Part shown: in pieces, positions 19,095 to 29,362 of the stretch
How positions within the stretch are numbered: the first letter of the stretch is position 1
Layout: each line of letters begins with the position of its first letter
NCBI GenBank assembly: GCA_051155735.1
Contig: DAXETX010000074.1
Span: forward strand, 1 to 42,641
DNA length: 42,641 nt
Direction of reading: 5' to 3'
Source of the DNA: Xenococcaceae cyanobacterium
Lineage (GTDB): Bacteria; Cyanobacteriota; Cyanobacteriia; Cyanobacteriales; Xenococcaceae
Translations under genes and position numbers: made by a program
The notes under the pieces: model-generated
What the model was told of the DNA's origin: nothing
Seen by the model: only the letters and a program-made list of their open reading frames with translations
Database searches by the model: none

Positions 19095-19415
19095 TTGTAA
19101 AATAAAATTTTGTCAATAAAAAATGTACTTGCTCGCTAAAATTTTACGAATTATCAATAAAATTTAGATGTCGTTAGGTAAATTCTAATTATAAATACTA
19201 ATGATTTCTGATTACAATATTATTTAATAATCTAAAACTTTTGGACTAACTACCGATAATTTATTAATATTTTTTAAATTAATTATCTTATATAGCAATC
19301 CTAAATCATTCATGAAACCAAAAAATGACAAAAGACTAATAACACTCAAAACTAATAATTTTCGCGACTCAAATATGATTGCTATAAAGTATTTTGCTAT
19401 AAGAAAAAATAAAAT

Positions 19416-19973
19416 ATGAAATTATTGTTAATTCAATATGCCACAGTAGCGCAAATTCCTGAGATTTTAGTTTTAGATCGGCTTTGTTTTGGAAATATTT
19501 GGTCAGCAGAAGGATATAAAAGAGAGATTAATAGTCCTAACAGTACTATGCTGTTGCTAATTTTGCGAGAAACTGATTTACCAGAAAAATTAATTGGTAT
19601 TGGCTGTTTATGGTCAATTGTCGAAGAAGCACATATTACTTTATTAGGAATTCATCCTGATTATCACCGACAGGGCTTAGGACAGCTATTATTGTCTGCT
19701 TTATTTCAAGACGTAGTAACTCGAAAGCTAGAAAAAGCAACTCTTGAAGTCAAAACAACCAATCATCCTGCGATCGCATTATATGAGAAATTTGGGTTTA
19801 AAATAGCAGGAAGACGCAAAAATTATTATCCTAAAACAGGAGAAGATGCGTTTATTCTGTGGCGTAGCGGGTTAAACAAGCCTGAGTTTTTAGCTGAGTT
19901 AGAAACTTGGCAACAAAAAATTGGGCAGCAACTCAAGCCTCAATACAGTTTTTTACGAGAAAGTGTCAACTAA
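19416..19973 (+). CDS. GNAT-family N-acetyltransferase, RimI-like (ribosomal-protein-alanine acetyltransferase type).
   Basis: 185 aa. Acetyl-CoA-binding motif [20 protein letters not shown] and a second motif [18 protein letters not shown]. Confidence 0.7.
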   Translation: MKLLLIQYATVAQIPEILVLDRLCFGNIWSAEGYKREINSPNSTMLLLILRETDLPEKLIGIGCLWSIVEEAHITLLGIHPDYHRQGLGQLLLSALFQDVVTRKLEKATLEVKTTNHPAIALYEKFGFKIAGRRKNYYPKTGEDAFILWRSGLNKPEFLAELETWQQKIGQQLKPQYSFLRESVN

Positions 19974-19977
19974 AACG

Positions 19978-20100
19978 ATGCAACTTGCAAAACTGATTCA
20001 AGACAAAAGAACGGAAATTCTCGCGATTGCAGCCAAGCATGGTGCTTACAATGTCAAGATTTTCGGTAGTGTAGCTAGGAATGAAGCTACAGATTTATAA
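19978..20100 (+). pseudogene. Truncated remnant (40 aa) of a MNT/MntA-type nucleotidyltransferase (antitoxin-like).
   Basis: Translates [40 protein letters not shown]. It ends inside the nucleotidyltransferase G[SG]xAR[GN]...[ST]D motif. No HEPN/HepT partner is present before pdhB. Confidence 0.4.
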
Positions 20101-20147
20101 AGTAAATAATCAATTAGTAAATAGGTGGGACATTGCCCACCACTAGT

Positions 20148-21131
20148 TTAAATGCGTAGTGCCATCATCTTTTGTACCGCTTCAATGATTTGTTCTGGCT
20201 GAACAATAGTTAATCTTTCTAACATACCGTTATAAGGAGTCGGAATATCTTGAGAGGATAAGCGCAACACAGGCGCATCTAATTCATCAAATAGTTGGTC
20301 GTTGATTAAAGCGACTAATTCTGCACCAATCCCACCTGTTTTCATGCATTCTTCGACGACAATAACGCGGTGGGTTTTTCTAATAGAAGCAGCAATGGTT
20401 TCCATATCAAAGGGTTTGAGGGAAATTAGATCGATAATTTCTGGGTCATAACCTTCTTTGACTAAAGTTTTAGCTGCTTGAGTACAATGATGACGCATCC
20501 GAGAGTAGGTCAAAATAGTGACATCTTTTCCCGAACGGACAAGTTCAGCTTTGTCTAGAGGAACGATGTATTCTTCTTCAGGTAATTCTTCTTTGAGGTT
20601 GTAAAGTAAAACGTGTTCAAAAAATAAGACAGGATTATCATCTCTAATAGCTGCTTTTAAAAGTCCTTTGGCATTGTAAGCCGTAGAACAAGCGACGATT
20701 TTTAATCCTGGTACGGCATGAAAATAAGCTTCTAATCTTTGAGAATGTTCTGCCCCTAGCTGTCTTCCTACACCGCCAGGACCTCTAATCACCATCGGAA
20801 TCTTAAAATTACCACCAGAAGTATAGCGCAGCATTCCTGCATTGTTAGCAATTTGGTTAAAGGCTAAGAGTAAAAAGCCCATGTTCATCCCTTCAATAAT
20901 GGGACGCAAACCTGTTAAAGCTGCACCTACTGCCATGCCACAAAAACTATTTTCGGCGATAGGAGTATCTAAAACTCTTAATTCGCCATATTTTTTATAA
21001 AGGTCTTTAGTAACTTTATACGAGCCACCATAATGTCCGACATCTTCCCCTAAAACGAAGACGGTGTTATCTCGCCCCATTTCCTCGTCCGTGGCTTCTC
21101 GCAGCGCGTTAAACATTAAAGTTTCTGCCAT
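20148..21131 (-). CDS. pdhB: Pyruvate dehydrogenase E1 component, beta subunit.
   Basis: 327 aa. Typical N-terminus [21 protein letters not shown]...VFVLGEDVG and a transketolase C-terminal domain. Confidence 0.9.
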   Translation of the reverse strand: MAETLMFNALREATDEEMGRDNTVFVLGEDVGHYGGSYKVTKDLYKKYGELRVLDTPIAENSFCGMAVGAALTGLRPIIEGMNMGFLLLAFNQIANNAGMLRYTSGGNFKIPMVIRGPGGVGRQLGAEHSQRLEAYFHAVPGLKIVACSTAYNAKGLLKAAIRDDNPVLFFEHVLLYNLKEELPEEEYIVPLDKAELVRSGKDVTILTYSRMRHHCTQAAKTLVKEGYDPEIIDLISLKPFDMETIAASIRKTHRVIVVEECMKTGGIGAELVALINDQLFDELDAPVLRLSSQDIPTPYNGMLERLTIVQPEQIIEAVQKMMALRI

Positions 21132-21206
21132 AATTTTTATTCCATATCTGCAAAAGATAATCCTATCATTACTTTATATACTGATCACTGTTTACTGATT
21201 ACCGAA

Positions 21207-22553
21207 ATGACTCTAGCCACTGCCAATAAAATTTTAAGTACCGAAGCAGCTTTAGATCTCATTGAATTTGCGCTCGCCCAATCCCAAGCCGAAGGAATAT
21301 TTGTGAGTTTGAGTAGCAGTGAGTCTGCTTTGAGTCGATTCAGTGAAAATCAAATTAGTCAAAATGTTCATAAAAATCGCTTCAATCTCACCCTTACTAG
21401 TTATTTTGGCAAGCGTAGTGCTGCTGCTGCTACTACCGAATTAGACCGCGATGCGATAGTTGCGACTTTACGCCGTTGTGAGGCTTTAGCCCAGTTTGCC
21501 CCAGAAGACCCCGAATGGGTGGAGTTATTATCACCTCAAACCTATGAAGCGAGGAAACCTGCTTTCGATCTGGCGACAGCTAATATTTCACCCCTAACTA
21601 AAGGAGAAATGTTACAACAAGTCTGTAATCAAGCTAAACAACAAGGCATTAATGGCTCAGGTACGCTTAGTACTGATGTTTCTCTCTATGGGATCGGTAA
21701 CTCTCTAGGCTTAAGGGCTTGCGATCGCTCTACTGAAGCTGATTTTAGCTTTACCGCCAGAATTGACAATGGTTCGAGTTGGGGTAGAGAAACAGCTATC
21801 GGGATCGAACAATTACCTTTATTAGAAACTACAGCAAAAGTGATCGAACGGGCGATCGCTTCTCGTAATGCTCAAGCAATAGAACCAGGAGACTATACTG
21901 TTATTTTTGAACCCTCGGCGATGGCTAGTTTATTACCTTGGGTTATCTGGAATCTGGACGCTAGGGCTGCGGACGAAGGGCGTTCTTTTATGTCTCACAG
22001 CGATAATGAGGGGAAACCAGCAGGAAATCGCATAGGAGAACAATTATTTAGCCAAAAAGTTCAGATACAACGTAATCCGAGCCATCCTTTATTACAATCG
22101 AGTCGCTTTTTTGGTGATGGGCTTCCTAATAGCTATTTAGAAATAGTTAAAGACGGTATGCCTCAGACACTTTCTTACAGTCGTTATTGGGCGCAGCAAC
22201 AGCAGCAGCAACCGACAGGGGGTCTATATCCTGTAGTGATGAGTGGCGGAGATCGAACTATTGCCGATCTAATTAGCAATACCGAACAGGGAATTTTAGT
22301 AACTCGTGCTTGGTATGTGCGCTACATTAATCCTCGCACCCTCGAAGTTACAGGAATGACTAGAGATGGTACTTTTTTAATTAAAGCGGGAAAAATTACT
22401 CACCCAATTAAAAACTTGCGGTTTAATCAATCTTTACCAGAGATGCTGGAGAATATAACTGATTTAAGCGCTACTAAAAGATGTGGTAGTAGTGTTATTC
22501 CTGGCTGCAAAGTTAACAACTTCCACTTTAGTAGTGTCACAGATAGCGTATAG
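21207..22553 (+). CDS. TldD/PmbA-family metallopeptidase-like protein.
   Basis: 448 aa. Family pattern throughout, including the C-terminal GILVTRAWYVRYINPRTLEVTGMTRDGTFLIKAGKITHPIKNLRFNQSLPEML. Confidence 0.75.
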   Translation: MTLATANKILSTEAALDLIEFALAQSQAEGIFVSLSSSESALSRFSENQISQNVHKNRFNLTLTSYFGKRSAAAATTELDRDAIVATLRRCEALAQFAPEDPEWVELLSPQTYEARKPAFDLATANISPLTKGEMLQQVCNQAKQQGINGSGTLSTDVSLYGIGNSLGLRACDRSTEADFSFTARIDNGSSWGRETAIGIEQLPLLETTAKVIERAIASRNAQAIEPGDYTVIFEPSAMASLLPWVIWNLDARAADEGRSFMSHSDNEGKPAGNRIGEQLFSQKVQIQRNPSHPLLQSSRFFGDGLPNSYLEIVKDGMPQTLSYSRYWAQQQQQQPTGGLYPVVMSGGDRTIADLISNTEQGILVTRAWYVRYINPRTLEVTGMTRDGTFLIKAGKITHPIKNLRFNQSLPEMLENITDLSATKRCGSSVIPGCKVNNFHFSSVTDSV

Positions 22554-22585
22554 TATTTGATTTGTTGCCACAATTATTAATTAAT

Positions 22586-23116
22586 CTATAACTGACTGTC
22601 AATAAACCGTTGCCATGTCTCATTAGGAGTCCAAACTTTAGCTAAATCTCTTTTCGCCTGTTCACTATTTATATTTTCTTGCCTCAGGCGATAAATATAC
22701 ATAAAAGCAGCCACTCTCAGATTCGCAGCACAGTGAACTAGTAAAGACTGTTGCTGATTTTCGTGCATTGCTTGACAAAAATCAGCAAAATTCTCTGAAG
22801 TAGGATTATTAAAATCTACAGGAATATGAATATATTTCATTCCTAATATTTCAACAATTTCTCGTTCATTAGGTAAAGCATTTTCTGAGGTTGCAGTAGC
22901 CAAATTAATCACGGTTTTATAACCAGCATCTTTAACTAAAGATAATTGTTGTTTGGTTGGTTGTCCTGCTGTAGCGATAGAGTCGGTAAGCTGTAAAAAA
23001 TTAAAAATGTCGCCAAGTTTATTACCCATAAAATTAATCCCTAAGTAGCGATTGAGAGTTAACTTAAAAAAATTAATTATGGTTTTTATCGGATTTGCTA
23101 GCTTTGCTAAGATCAT
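22586..23116 (-). CDS. Small Cys-based phosphatase-like protein (tyrosine/dual-specificity phosphatase fold, DUF442-type).
   Basis: 176 aa (the true start may be the internal MGNKLG). Catalytic-loop-like LLVHCAANLRVAAF (Cys...Arg). It is preceded by a YIHIPVDFNNP segment of the kind found before the P-loop in small dual-specificity phosphatases. Confidence 0.5.
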   Translation of the reverse strand: MILAKLANPIKTIINFFKLTLNRYLGINFMGNKLGDIFNFLQLTDSIATAGQPTKQQLSLVKDAGYKTVINLATATSENALPNEREIVEILGMKYIHIPVDFNNPTSENFADFCQAMHENQQQSLLVHCAANLRVAAFMYIYRLRQENINSEQAKRDLAKVWTPNETWQRFIDSQL

Positions 23117-23157
23117 ACCTAGATATTTATATTTAATTAATTTAGTTAATAATTAAG

Positions 23158-23733
23158 TTATCTAAATAACTGATTTACCACACAACTAAATTTTGGTAAT
23201 AAAGGAGAGGTAATAAAATCGTTTTCTAACAGAGTCGCAACTAAAACTAATCTGGCGTTTTCTCGCCGATAAATACTCACTTGTTTAGTAAAGCGATCGC
23301 AGATCCAATATTCGGTAACACCATAAATAGAATATAACTTTAATTTACTTTCTTTATCGCGACTTTTGTTATTTTTTCCTGGAGATAAAACTTCAATAAC
23401 TAACTCTGGCGCACCTAATAAATGCCCTGCTTCATCTTCAATTTGTGCAAGCCTTTTTTGACTAACCCAAACTACATCAGGAATAACACTATCAATATTA
23501 GATAAAATCATTCCAGGCGCAATGATAGTTTCACCTAAACCACTGCTTTCTGACCAAGAATCGAGATAACGAGCTAATTTAACACAACTTTGTTGATGTA
23601 GGCGGTGAGGCGATCTAGTCACAAATAACTCTCCATCAATAAGTTCATAATTAACTGATTCGTTTTGAGGGAGAAATGGTAAATCTTGAGTTGTCCAAAT
23701 GATTTTTTCTACAGTTTGACTCATCAGCGACAC
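23158..23733 (-). CDS. Uma2-family (DUF820, PD-(D/E)xK-like) putative endonuclease.
   Basis: 191 aa. Family pattern YELIDGELFVTRSP...H, ELVIEVLSPGKNNKSRDKESKLKLYSIYGVTEYWICD. Confidence 0.85.
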   Translation of the reverse strand: MSLMSQTVEKIIWTTQDLPFLPQNESVNYELIDGELFVTRSPHRLHQQSCVKLARYLDSWSESSGLGETIIAPGMILSNIDSVIPDVVWVSQKRLAQIEDEAGHLLGAPELVIEVLSPGKNNKSRDKESKLKLYSIYGVTEYWICDRFTKQVSIYRRENARLVLVATLLENDFITSPLLPKFSCVVNQLFR

Positions 23734-23784
23734 CTGACTATTTCAATTTAGTTTAATCAAAATATTGTTAGGTTAAATTGATAT

Positions 23785-25320
23785 TTAGCATTTATTCATG
23801 GTTTCGAGTTTTTGGGTAATTTGTGCTTGAAGATCGGGATTAATTTTTAAAGCTTGATTGTAAGCATTTTTAGCTAAATGCCATTGTTTTTGTTGTTCGT
23901 AAGCATCAGCGAGACTCAGATAAATTTGCGCCCCAAAATTAGGATTAAGAGCGATCGCCTGTTGATAAGCGGTAATTGCTGCTGCAAAATTATTTTCTGG
24001 CATTAAAACATTACCTAGATGTCGATATACCCAAGGTGGTTGTGCTGGATCAAGCGCAATTGCTTGTTGATATAATTCTTTAGCAGAACGAGTGTTACCT
24101 TGTAACTCTAAAAGTCTCCCTTGATGAATCGTAATGTCTGCTTGTTCGGGAGCGATTTTAATAGCGCGATCGCTAGCTGCAATGGCTGAGTTTAATTCTC
24201 CTTTGGCTTCATAACAATAGGCTAGTTGTCGCCATCCTTGAATACTTTGAGGTTCTATTTTTAAGGCTGCTTGACATAAAGCAATTGCTGTTTCATGGCG
24301 TTGATTTTGACAATGTTGTTCGGCTAAATCTAACAAGTCTTGAAAGCTTTGTTGACGCAAACTATCTAATAAATCATCATTATTTTCTGAATTATTTAAT
24401 AGCTGAGCATTAAAAATTTGGGTTGGTTTAACCTGAATTCCACAAACTGTTACCGCGTATTTTTCTTGATGTTCAATGATGTTTAATTTAACTAATTCTC
24501 GATTTTTAGCATAAAAATCAAAGAATAATTCTACTGCTTGTGTTAGAGTTAAAAACTCTCCTTTAATACAGTATTGGGAGTTAATTCTAAAATCAAGTGC
24601 TAAGGCTTTAGCTACAGCAGGATAAATTGGAAAAATAGTGAAGTCTAATACTTCAGTTTGTAGAGAATTATTATTAACGGGTAATTCTAAGAATTCTAAT
24701 AGACGATTAGCTAGATAACTAAGTAAGGTGATGCCTGGATGATTTATGGTGTGAAATAATTTTTGTCTTTGATAATTTTCACTAATAAAATTACTAATAT
24801 TAATATCTAATTCTGTTTCACGAAGGCGCAATTCCTTAAGAGTTGCTGCTAAATTATCTAACACATATTTTGGTTGATAAAAATTATTTTGTTGAATCAA
24901 ATCAACTACTTCTGTTACAGTTTTTCCGCGGTCAAATAAATATAATAGATTGACATCGTGATAATCACAAGGTTCAGTAATCTTGTTACCATCAGCATCT
25001 TTAAGACTAATAATGGCAGGATGATAGCCAGTAAAATAAGCTCCAGGAATGGCGATCGCTCGTGCATTGGGAGCTAAACGACTGCGTAGATAATTAGTTC
25101 CTAACTCTTTAATTCCTTGATAATCATCAGATACTAATTGATGAATTAATAAATCCGTTTCAGCAATTTTATTTTCTAGATCTTTGAGATCATGTTTAGT
25201 TAATAAATGAACGGGTTTTAAATCGATAAACTGATAATTGTTAGTAAAATCAAAACTACTTTTTAAAATTTCTCGCAGCGGTTCTATTTGACAGTTGCCA
25301 TAAATCAAACATTTTTGCAT
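23785..25320 (-). CDS. WcbI-like domain (polysaccharide-biosynthesis/putative CoA-binding acetyltransferase-like) fused to C-terminal TPR repeats.
   Basis: 511 aa. N-terminal ~300 aa begins MQKCLIYGNCQ, which I recognise as WcbI-family. C-terminal ~180 aa has 4-5 TPR units (AIALCQAALKIEPQS..., AYCYEAKGELNSAIAASDRAIKIAP..., AKELYQQAIALDP..., AITAYQQAIALNPN..., AKNAYNQALKINPD). Confidence 0.55.
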   Translation of the reverse strand: MQKCLIYGNCQIEPLREILKSSFDFTNNYQFIDLKPVHLLTKHDLKDLENKIAETDLLIHQLVSDDYQGIKELGTNYLRSRLAPNARAIAIPGAYFTGYHPAIISLKDADGNKITEPCDYHDVNLLYLFDRGKTVTEVVDLIQQNNFYQPKYVLDNLAATLKELRLRETELDINISNFISENYQRQKLFHTINHPGITLLSYLANRLLEFLELPVNNNSLQTEVLDFTIFPIYPAVAKALALDFRINSQYCIKGEFLTLTQAVELFFDFYAKNRELVKLNIIEHQEKYAVTVCGIQVKPTQIFNAQLLNNSENNDDLLDSLRQQSFQDLLDLAEQHCQNQRHETAIALCQAALKIEPQSIQGWRQLAYCYEAKGELNSAIAASDRAIKIAPEQADITIHQGRLLELQGNTRSAKELYQQAIALDPAQPPWVYRHLGNVLMPENNFAAAITAYQQAIALNPNFGAQIYLSLADAYEQQKQWHLAKNAYNQALKINPDLQAQITQKLETMNKC

Positions 25321-25322
25321 TC

Positions 25323-28025
25323 TTATTTCTTGTCAAAACTGCCATACTCACTACATTGCATAATTAGTTTTGCCACCAAACCCGTCCAACCTGTCTGATG
25401 GGATGCACCTAAACCCGCACCATTGTTGCCGTGAAAGTATTCGTGAAACAAAAATAAATCCTGCCAATGGGGATCGGATTGAAACTGCTGGAAGTCTCCA
25501 TATACAGGTCGCTGTCCCGATTCTTGAGTTAGAAAAATACTAATCAAGCGTTTTTCTAGTTCAGCAGCGACTTCCCATAAAGTCATCATCTTACCCGAAC
25601 CAGTGGGACATTCTACTTTAAATTTACCGTCATAGTAATGGTCAAATTTTTGCAAAGCTTCAATAATTAGATAGTTAACGGGAAACCAAATTGGTCCACG
25701 CCAGTTAGAGTTACCACCAAACATCTGACTTTCAGATTCGGCTGGAGTATAGCTTACTTCGTATTCTTGACCATCCCAAACTAAAGTATAAGGCTCTTGT
25801 TGATGATAACGAGATAAAGAACGAATCCCATAGTTACTTAAGAACTCGGTTTCGTCTAACATTTTTTGCAAGATTTTTTGAAGTTTAGTTTCATCGACTA
25901 CAGCTAAAAGTCTGCGGGAGTCATTATCGCATCCTTCCATACAAGCAATGTTGCGACTAAGTTGCGGTCGGTTGTGAATAAACCATTCTACCCGATTTCT
26001 AAATCCTGGTAGCTGTTCAAAAGTTTCTTGTTCGATAGTCGTTACCGCCAACAAAGGAATTAAACCCACCAGCGATCGCACTTTTAGGGTAACATCTTTG
26101 CCATTGGGTAGGTGCAACACGTCATAATAAAAGCCTTCTGCTTCATCCCAAAGATCAGTTCCTTCTGACCCGATATGATTCATCGCATCTACGATATAGA
26201 GAAAATGTTCAAAAAACTTACTAGCTATGTCTTCATAAACGGGATTATCTTGGGCTAATTCTAAAGCAATGGTTAGTAAGTTTAGACAATACATCGCCAT
26301 CCAGCTAGTGCCATCAGATTGAGATAGTTTTCCTCCTGTCGGTAATTCGCCACCGCGATTAAAAATGCCGATATTATCCAGACCTAAAAAACCACCTTGA
26401 AAAACATTATTATTGTCGTCGTCGTGCTGATTAATCCACCAAGTAAAATTTAAGAGTAACTTTTGAAAAACTCTTTCTAAAAACTTTTTATCCCCGCGTC
26501 CATAAAGTTTGCGTTCTATTGTATAAACTCGCCAAGTAGCCCAAGCATGAACAGGCGGATTTACGCCATTAAAATCCCATTCATAAGCTGGCATTTGTCC
26601 ATTGGGGTGCATATACCATTCACGAGTCAAACGGTTTAATTGTTTTTTGGCAAAGTCAGGGTCAATGGCAGCAAAAGGTATCATATGAAAAGCTAAATCC
26701 CAAGCTGCAAAATAAGGATATTCCCACTTATCGGGCATTGAAATCACATCATCAATATGAATATGTACCCAATCACTATTTCTCCCTTGTTGATGGGCTT
26801 CAGGAGGAGGAGGTGTTCCAGGATCGCCTTGTAACCAAGTATCAATCACATAATGATAATACTGTTTATTCCACAGCATTCCTGCAAAAGCTTGGCGTTG
26901 AATCTTTTTTAATTCCTCACTCATCGGATGGGGTGAAACCCGCTGGTAAAATTCATCCGCTTCTTGCTGTCGAATTTGAAAAATATCATTAAATGCTTGA
27001 CCAAAAGGATTTTTTAGATCGGGCTGATTACTAAGTCTTAACTGAATAGCAGTAGTTTCCCCACCAGCTATCTCTAAAGAGTAATAAGCAGCAAATTTAG
27101 TACCAATGTTATCAGGATTAACTGCTGCTTTTTTGTCGTTGACTACATATTGATGAAAAGCATCTTTAACATAAGGGGTTTCATTTTGATTACCCGATAA
27201 TCTTTCGTAGTTGGTATTATTTTCGGTAAATAATAACGTCGGATTAGAGAGATTTTCTGGCACGGGATGAGCGCAATAAAGCCATCTTTTACCTAAGTCG
27301 GGATGTTGAGCTTCGATAACACTAAATGATTCTGTTTGTTCATATATTTTCAAGCGTGGCTTTTCTACCTCGTAACCCCAAGACCAGATATTCCGAAACC
27401 AAAGTGTTGGTAATAAATGAATTGTCTTAGTCTCAGAACTGCGATTAGTAATCTGAATAAAAATTAAAATATCTTCATCGGTAGCCTTCCCATACTCTAT
27501 AGTGACATCAAAATAATTATCTTCAGCAAAAATCTCTGTATCAAGCAACTCAAATTCTCGATCTCTTAAACCCCGCTTTTGATTTTCTTTTTCAATTTGC
27601 CAATAAGGAAAAGCTGCTTGTGGATACTTATAAAGCAACTTCATATAAGAGTGAGTCGGCGTATTATCTAGCTGAAAATAATACTCTTTAACGTCTTCTC
27701 CATGATTACCCTGGCTATTAGTTAAGCCAAAAAATCTTTCTTTTAAAAAAGGATCGCGCTCATTCCATAATGCTAGAGCAAAACATAATCTTTGATGATT
27801 GTCCGAAAACCCACCAATGCCATCTTCTCCCCAACGATAAGCCCGATAATGTGACTGTTCAAAACTAAAATAATCCCAAGCAGAACCATCCTGACTGTAA
27901 TCTTCTCTAACTGTCCCCCACTGGCGATCGCTTAAATAACTCCCCCATCTTCGCCAGTAAGCTTGACGTTCTTGATTTTCTTTTAAGCGAATTTCTTCTT
28001 GAGTTAGTTTAACTGGTTCTGACAT
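25323..28025 (-). CDS. Large (alpha/alpha)6-barrel glycoside hydrolase, GH63/MGH1-like. A candidate compatible-solute (glucosylglycerol/glucosylglycerate-type) or oligosaccharide glucosidase.
   Basis: 900 aa. N-terminal [21 protein letters not shown]...YRWGEDGI. C-terminal catalytic-barrel region with [19 protein letters not shown] and [20 protein letters not shown], typical of GH63/GH37-clan six-hairpin enzymes. It is 2 nt upstream of, and co-directional with, the WcbI-TPR gene. Confidence 0.6.
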   Translation of the reverse strand: MSEPVKLTQEEIRLKENQERQAYWRRWGSYLSDRQWGTVREDYSQDGSAWDYFSFEQSHYRAYRWGEDGIGGFSDNHQRLCFALALWNERDPFLKERFFGLTNSQGNHGEDVKEYYFQLDNTPTHSYMKLLYKYPQAAFPYWQIEKENQKRGLRDREFELLDTEIFAEDNYFDVTIEYGKATDEDILIFIQITNRSSETKTIHLLPTLWFRNIWSWGYEVEKPRLKIYEQTESFSVIEAQHPDLGKRWLYCAHPVPENLSNPTLLFTENNTNYERLSGNQNETPYVKDAFHQYVVNDKKAAVNPDNIGTKFAAYYSLEIAGGETTAIQLRLSNQPDLKNPFGQAFNDIFQIRQQEADEFYQRVSPHPMSEELKKIQRQAFAGMLWNKQYYHYVIDTWLQGDPGTPPPPEAHQQGRNSDWVHIHIDDVISMPDKWEYPYFAAWDLAFHMIPFAAIDPDFAKKQLNRLTREWYMHPNGQMPAYEWDFNGVNPPVHAWATWRVYTIERKLYGRGDKKFLERVFQKLLLNFTWWINQHDDDNNNVFQGGFLGLDNIGIFNRGGELPTGGKLSQSDGTSWMAMYCLNLLTIALELAQDNPVYEDIASKFFEHFLYIVDAMNHIGSEGTDLWDEAEGFYYDVLHLPNGKDVTLKVRSLVGLIPLLAVTTIEQETFEQLPGFRNRVEWFIHNRPQLSRNIACMEGCDNDSRRLLAVVDETKLQKILQKMLDETEFLSNYGIRSLSRYHQQEPYTLVWDGQEYEVSYTPAESESQMFGGNSNWRGPIWFPVNYLIIEALQKFDHYYDGKFKVECPTGSGKMMTLWEVAAELEKRLISIFLTQESGQRPVYGDFQQFQSDPHWQDLFLFHEYFHGNNGAGLGASHQTGWTGLVAKLIMQCSEYGSFDKK

Positions 28026-28173
28026 TTGATTTAGATTTAAAACTATCCTTTAATATATGGCGATCGCGCTTCTATTTAATCTAGCTAAAGACAGAAAATC
28101 TAGTTAATGATGAAAATAAATCGATCTTTTTTTACACTATAAATAGCAACTCTAGAGCAAACGGACTGTTCTC

Positions 28174-28479
28174 ATGTATTACTCAAACAAAATAATGGTA
28201 GTAGTTCTCAGCTTACTAACAATTAATTTTTTTAGTATTTCCACAAAAGCTGAAATTGAATCTTTAGAAGCTATTGAACCCAAACAAGGTTTTGACTGGA
28301 ATTTACTCAATGAATCAGAATCAACTACTAACGAAACCGATTCGGCAGAAGTATCAATATCTGAGTTTAATCTGACAGAAGAGACAGAACCAGAAACAAT
28401 TTTAGAACCTTCAGAAGAATGGGGTAATCAAGGTGACGTAGAAGACCGTTCTTTTTCTTGGGATTTTTATAAACATTAA
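28174..28479 (+). CDS. Hypothetical small secreted acidic protein.
   Basis: 101 aa. Signal-like N-terminus (IMVVVLSLLTINFFSISTKA), then a very acidic, Glu/Ser/Thr-rich sequence. No recognisable domain. Confidence 0.3.
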   Translation: MYYSNKIMVVVLSLLTINFFSISTKAEIESLEAIEPKQGFDWNLLNESESTTNETDSAEVSISEFNLTEETEPETILEPSEEWGNQGDVEDRSFSWDFYKH

Positions 28480-28508
28480 AACTTTTAGTTGAAATCAGGC
28501 TTATATTG

Positions 28509-29147
28509 CTAGATTTTTCTAGCTTGGATTAAATATCCACAACGATGCTCGCCACTATTCAGCCAATGAGTCCGCTCTATTTGACAATCAGGGAGTATCG
28601 CGGAAAACATTTCTAATTCGTGTCCGCAGATTTTAGGATAGGATGTTGCGACTTCAGAAATAGCACAGTTATACTCTGTAAGGATAAAGTTTTGGGAATT
28701 TTGTTGGTGCAATTCCGCCATATAACCTTCTTCTTGACGAATTTGTACAAGTTTGGCAATTCTTTCTAATAAAGTGCCACTACCCAAGCGATCGCGATAT
28801 TCTTGCGCTTTTCTTTGCCATTGTTTCTCTAATACTTTACTAACGCCGTCTTCTCCCACAGTTTCGACTAAAGTATCTAAAAAAGAAACTGTAAATTTTC
28901 CGTAACCGTTAGGAAAAAGCAACCGTCCTTTTTTACTTAATCGATAGATATGTTGAGGTCTTCCCATACCTTGTTGTACCGAATTATACTCAATTAAGCT
29001 TTCTGCCTCTAGTTCGCTGAGATGACGGCGAATCGCTTGAGAGCTTAATTTCAAAGCCTTAGCTAGTTCGGTAGCTTTTCCCTGACCCTGCTTAAGAAGG
29101 TATTGTAAGATACTTTGTTTGGTAGATGGGAAACTAGTAGTCTTCAT
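28509..29147 (-). CDS. sufR: SufR, the Fe-S-cluster-containing transcriptional repressor of the suf operon (DeoR-type winged helix-turn-helix plus a C-terminal Cys4 site).
   Basis: 212 aa. N-terminal helix-turn-helix (ILQYLLKQGQGKATELAKALKLSSQAIRRHLSELE). The C-terminal cysteines are spaced exactly C-X12-C-X13-C-X14-C (CAISEVATSYPKIC...C...C), the published SufR signature. It is divergent from sufB. Confidence 0.85.
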   Translation of the reverse strand: MKTTSFPSTKQSILQYLLKQGQGKATELAKALKLSSQAIRRHLSELEAESLIEYNSVQQGMGRPQHIYRLSKKGRLLFPNGYGKFTVSFLDTLVETVGEDGVSKVLEKQWQRKAQEYRDRLGSGTLLERIAKLVQIRQEEGYMAELHQQNSQNFILTEYNCAISEVATSYPKICGHELEMFSAILPDCQIERTHWLNSGEHRCGYLIQARKI

Positions 29148-29224
29148 GGTAAATTGCGAATTATATATTCTAAAATTTAGCTACTTCTCAACTCCCAGTC
29201 ACCAAAAAAATTTAGCGACTTTGA

Positions 29225-29278
29225 CAACATCTTTGTTGTTAATGTAACCTACAATAGACTTAAACAACAAATTTGTTG
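29225..29278. promoter_or_regulatory. Two SufR operator palindromes of the CAAC-N6-GTTG type in the sufR/sufB divergent intergenic region.
   Basis: CAACatctttGTTG at 29225-29238 and CAACaaatttGTTG at 29265-29278. This matches the operator architecture reported for cyanobacterial SufR. Confidence 0.6.
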
Positions 29279-29362
29279 TTTAAATAAAGTAGGAGTTGCA
29301 TAATGAGTTTGTAAATACTCCTCTTTTTTAAAGCTTCTATTTAGTACCAACCAGAGCAAACT

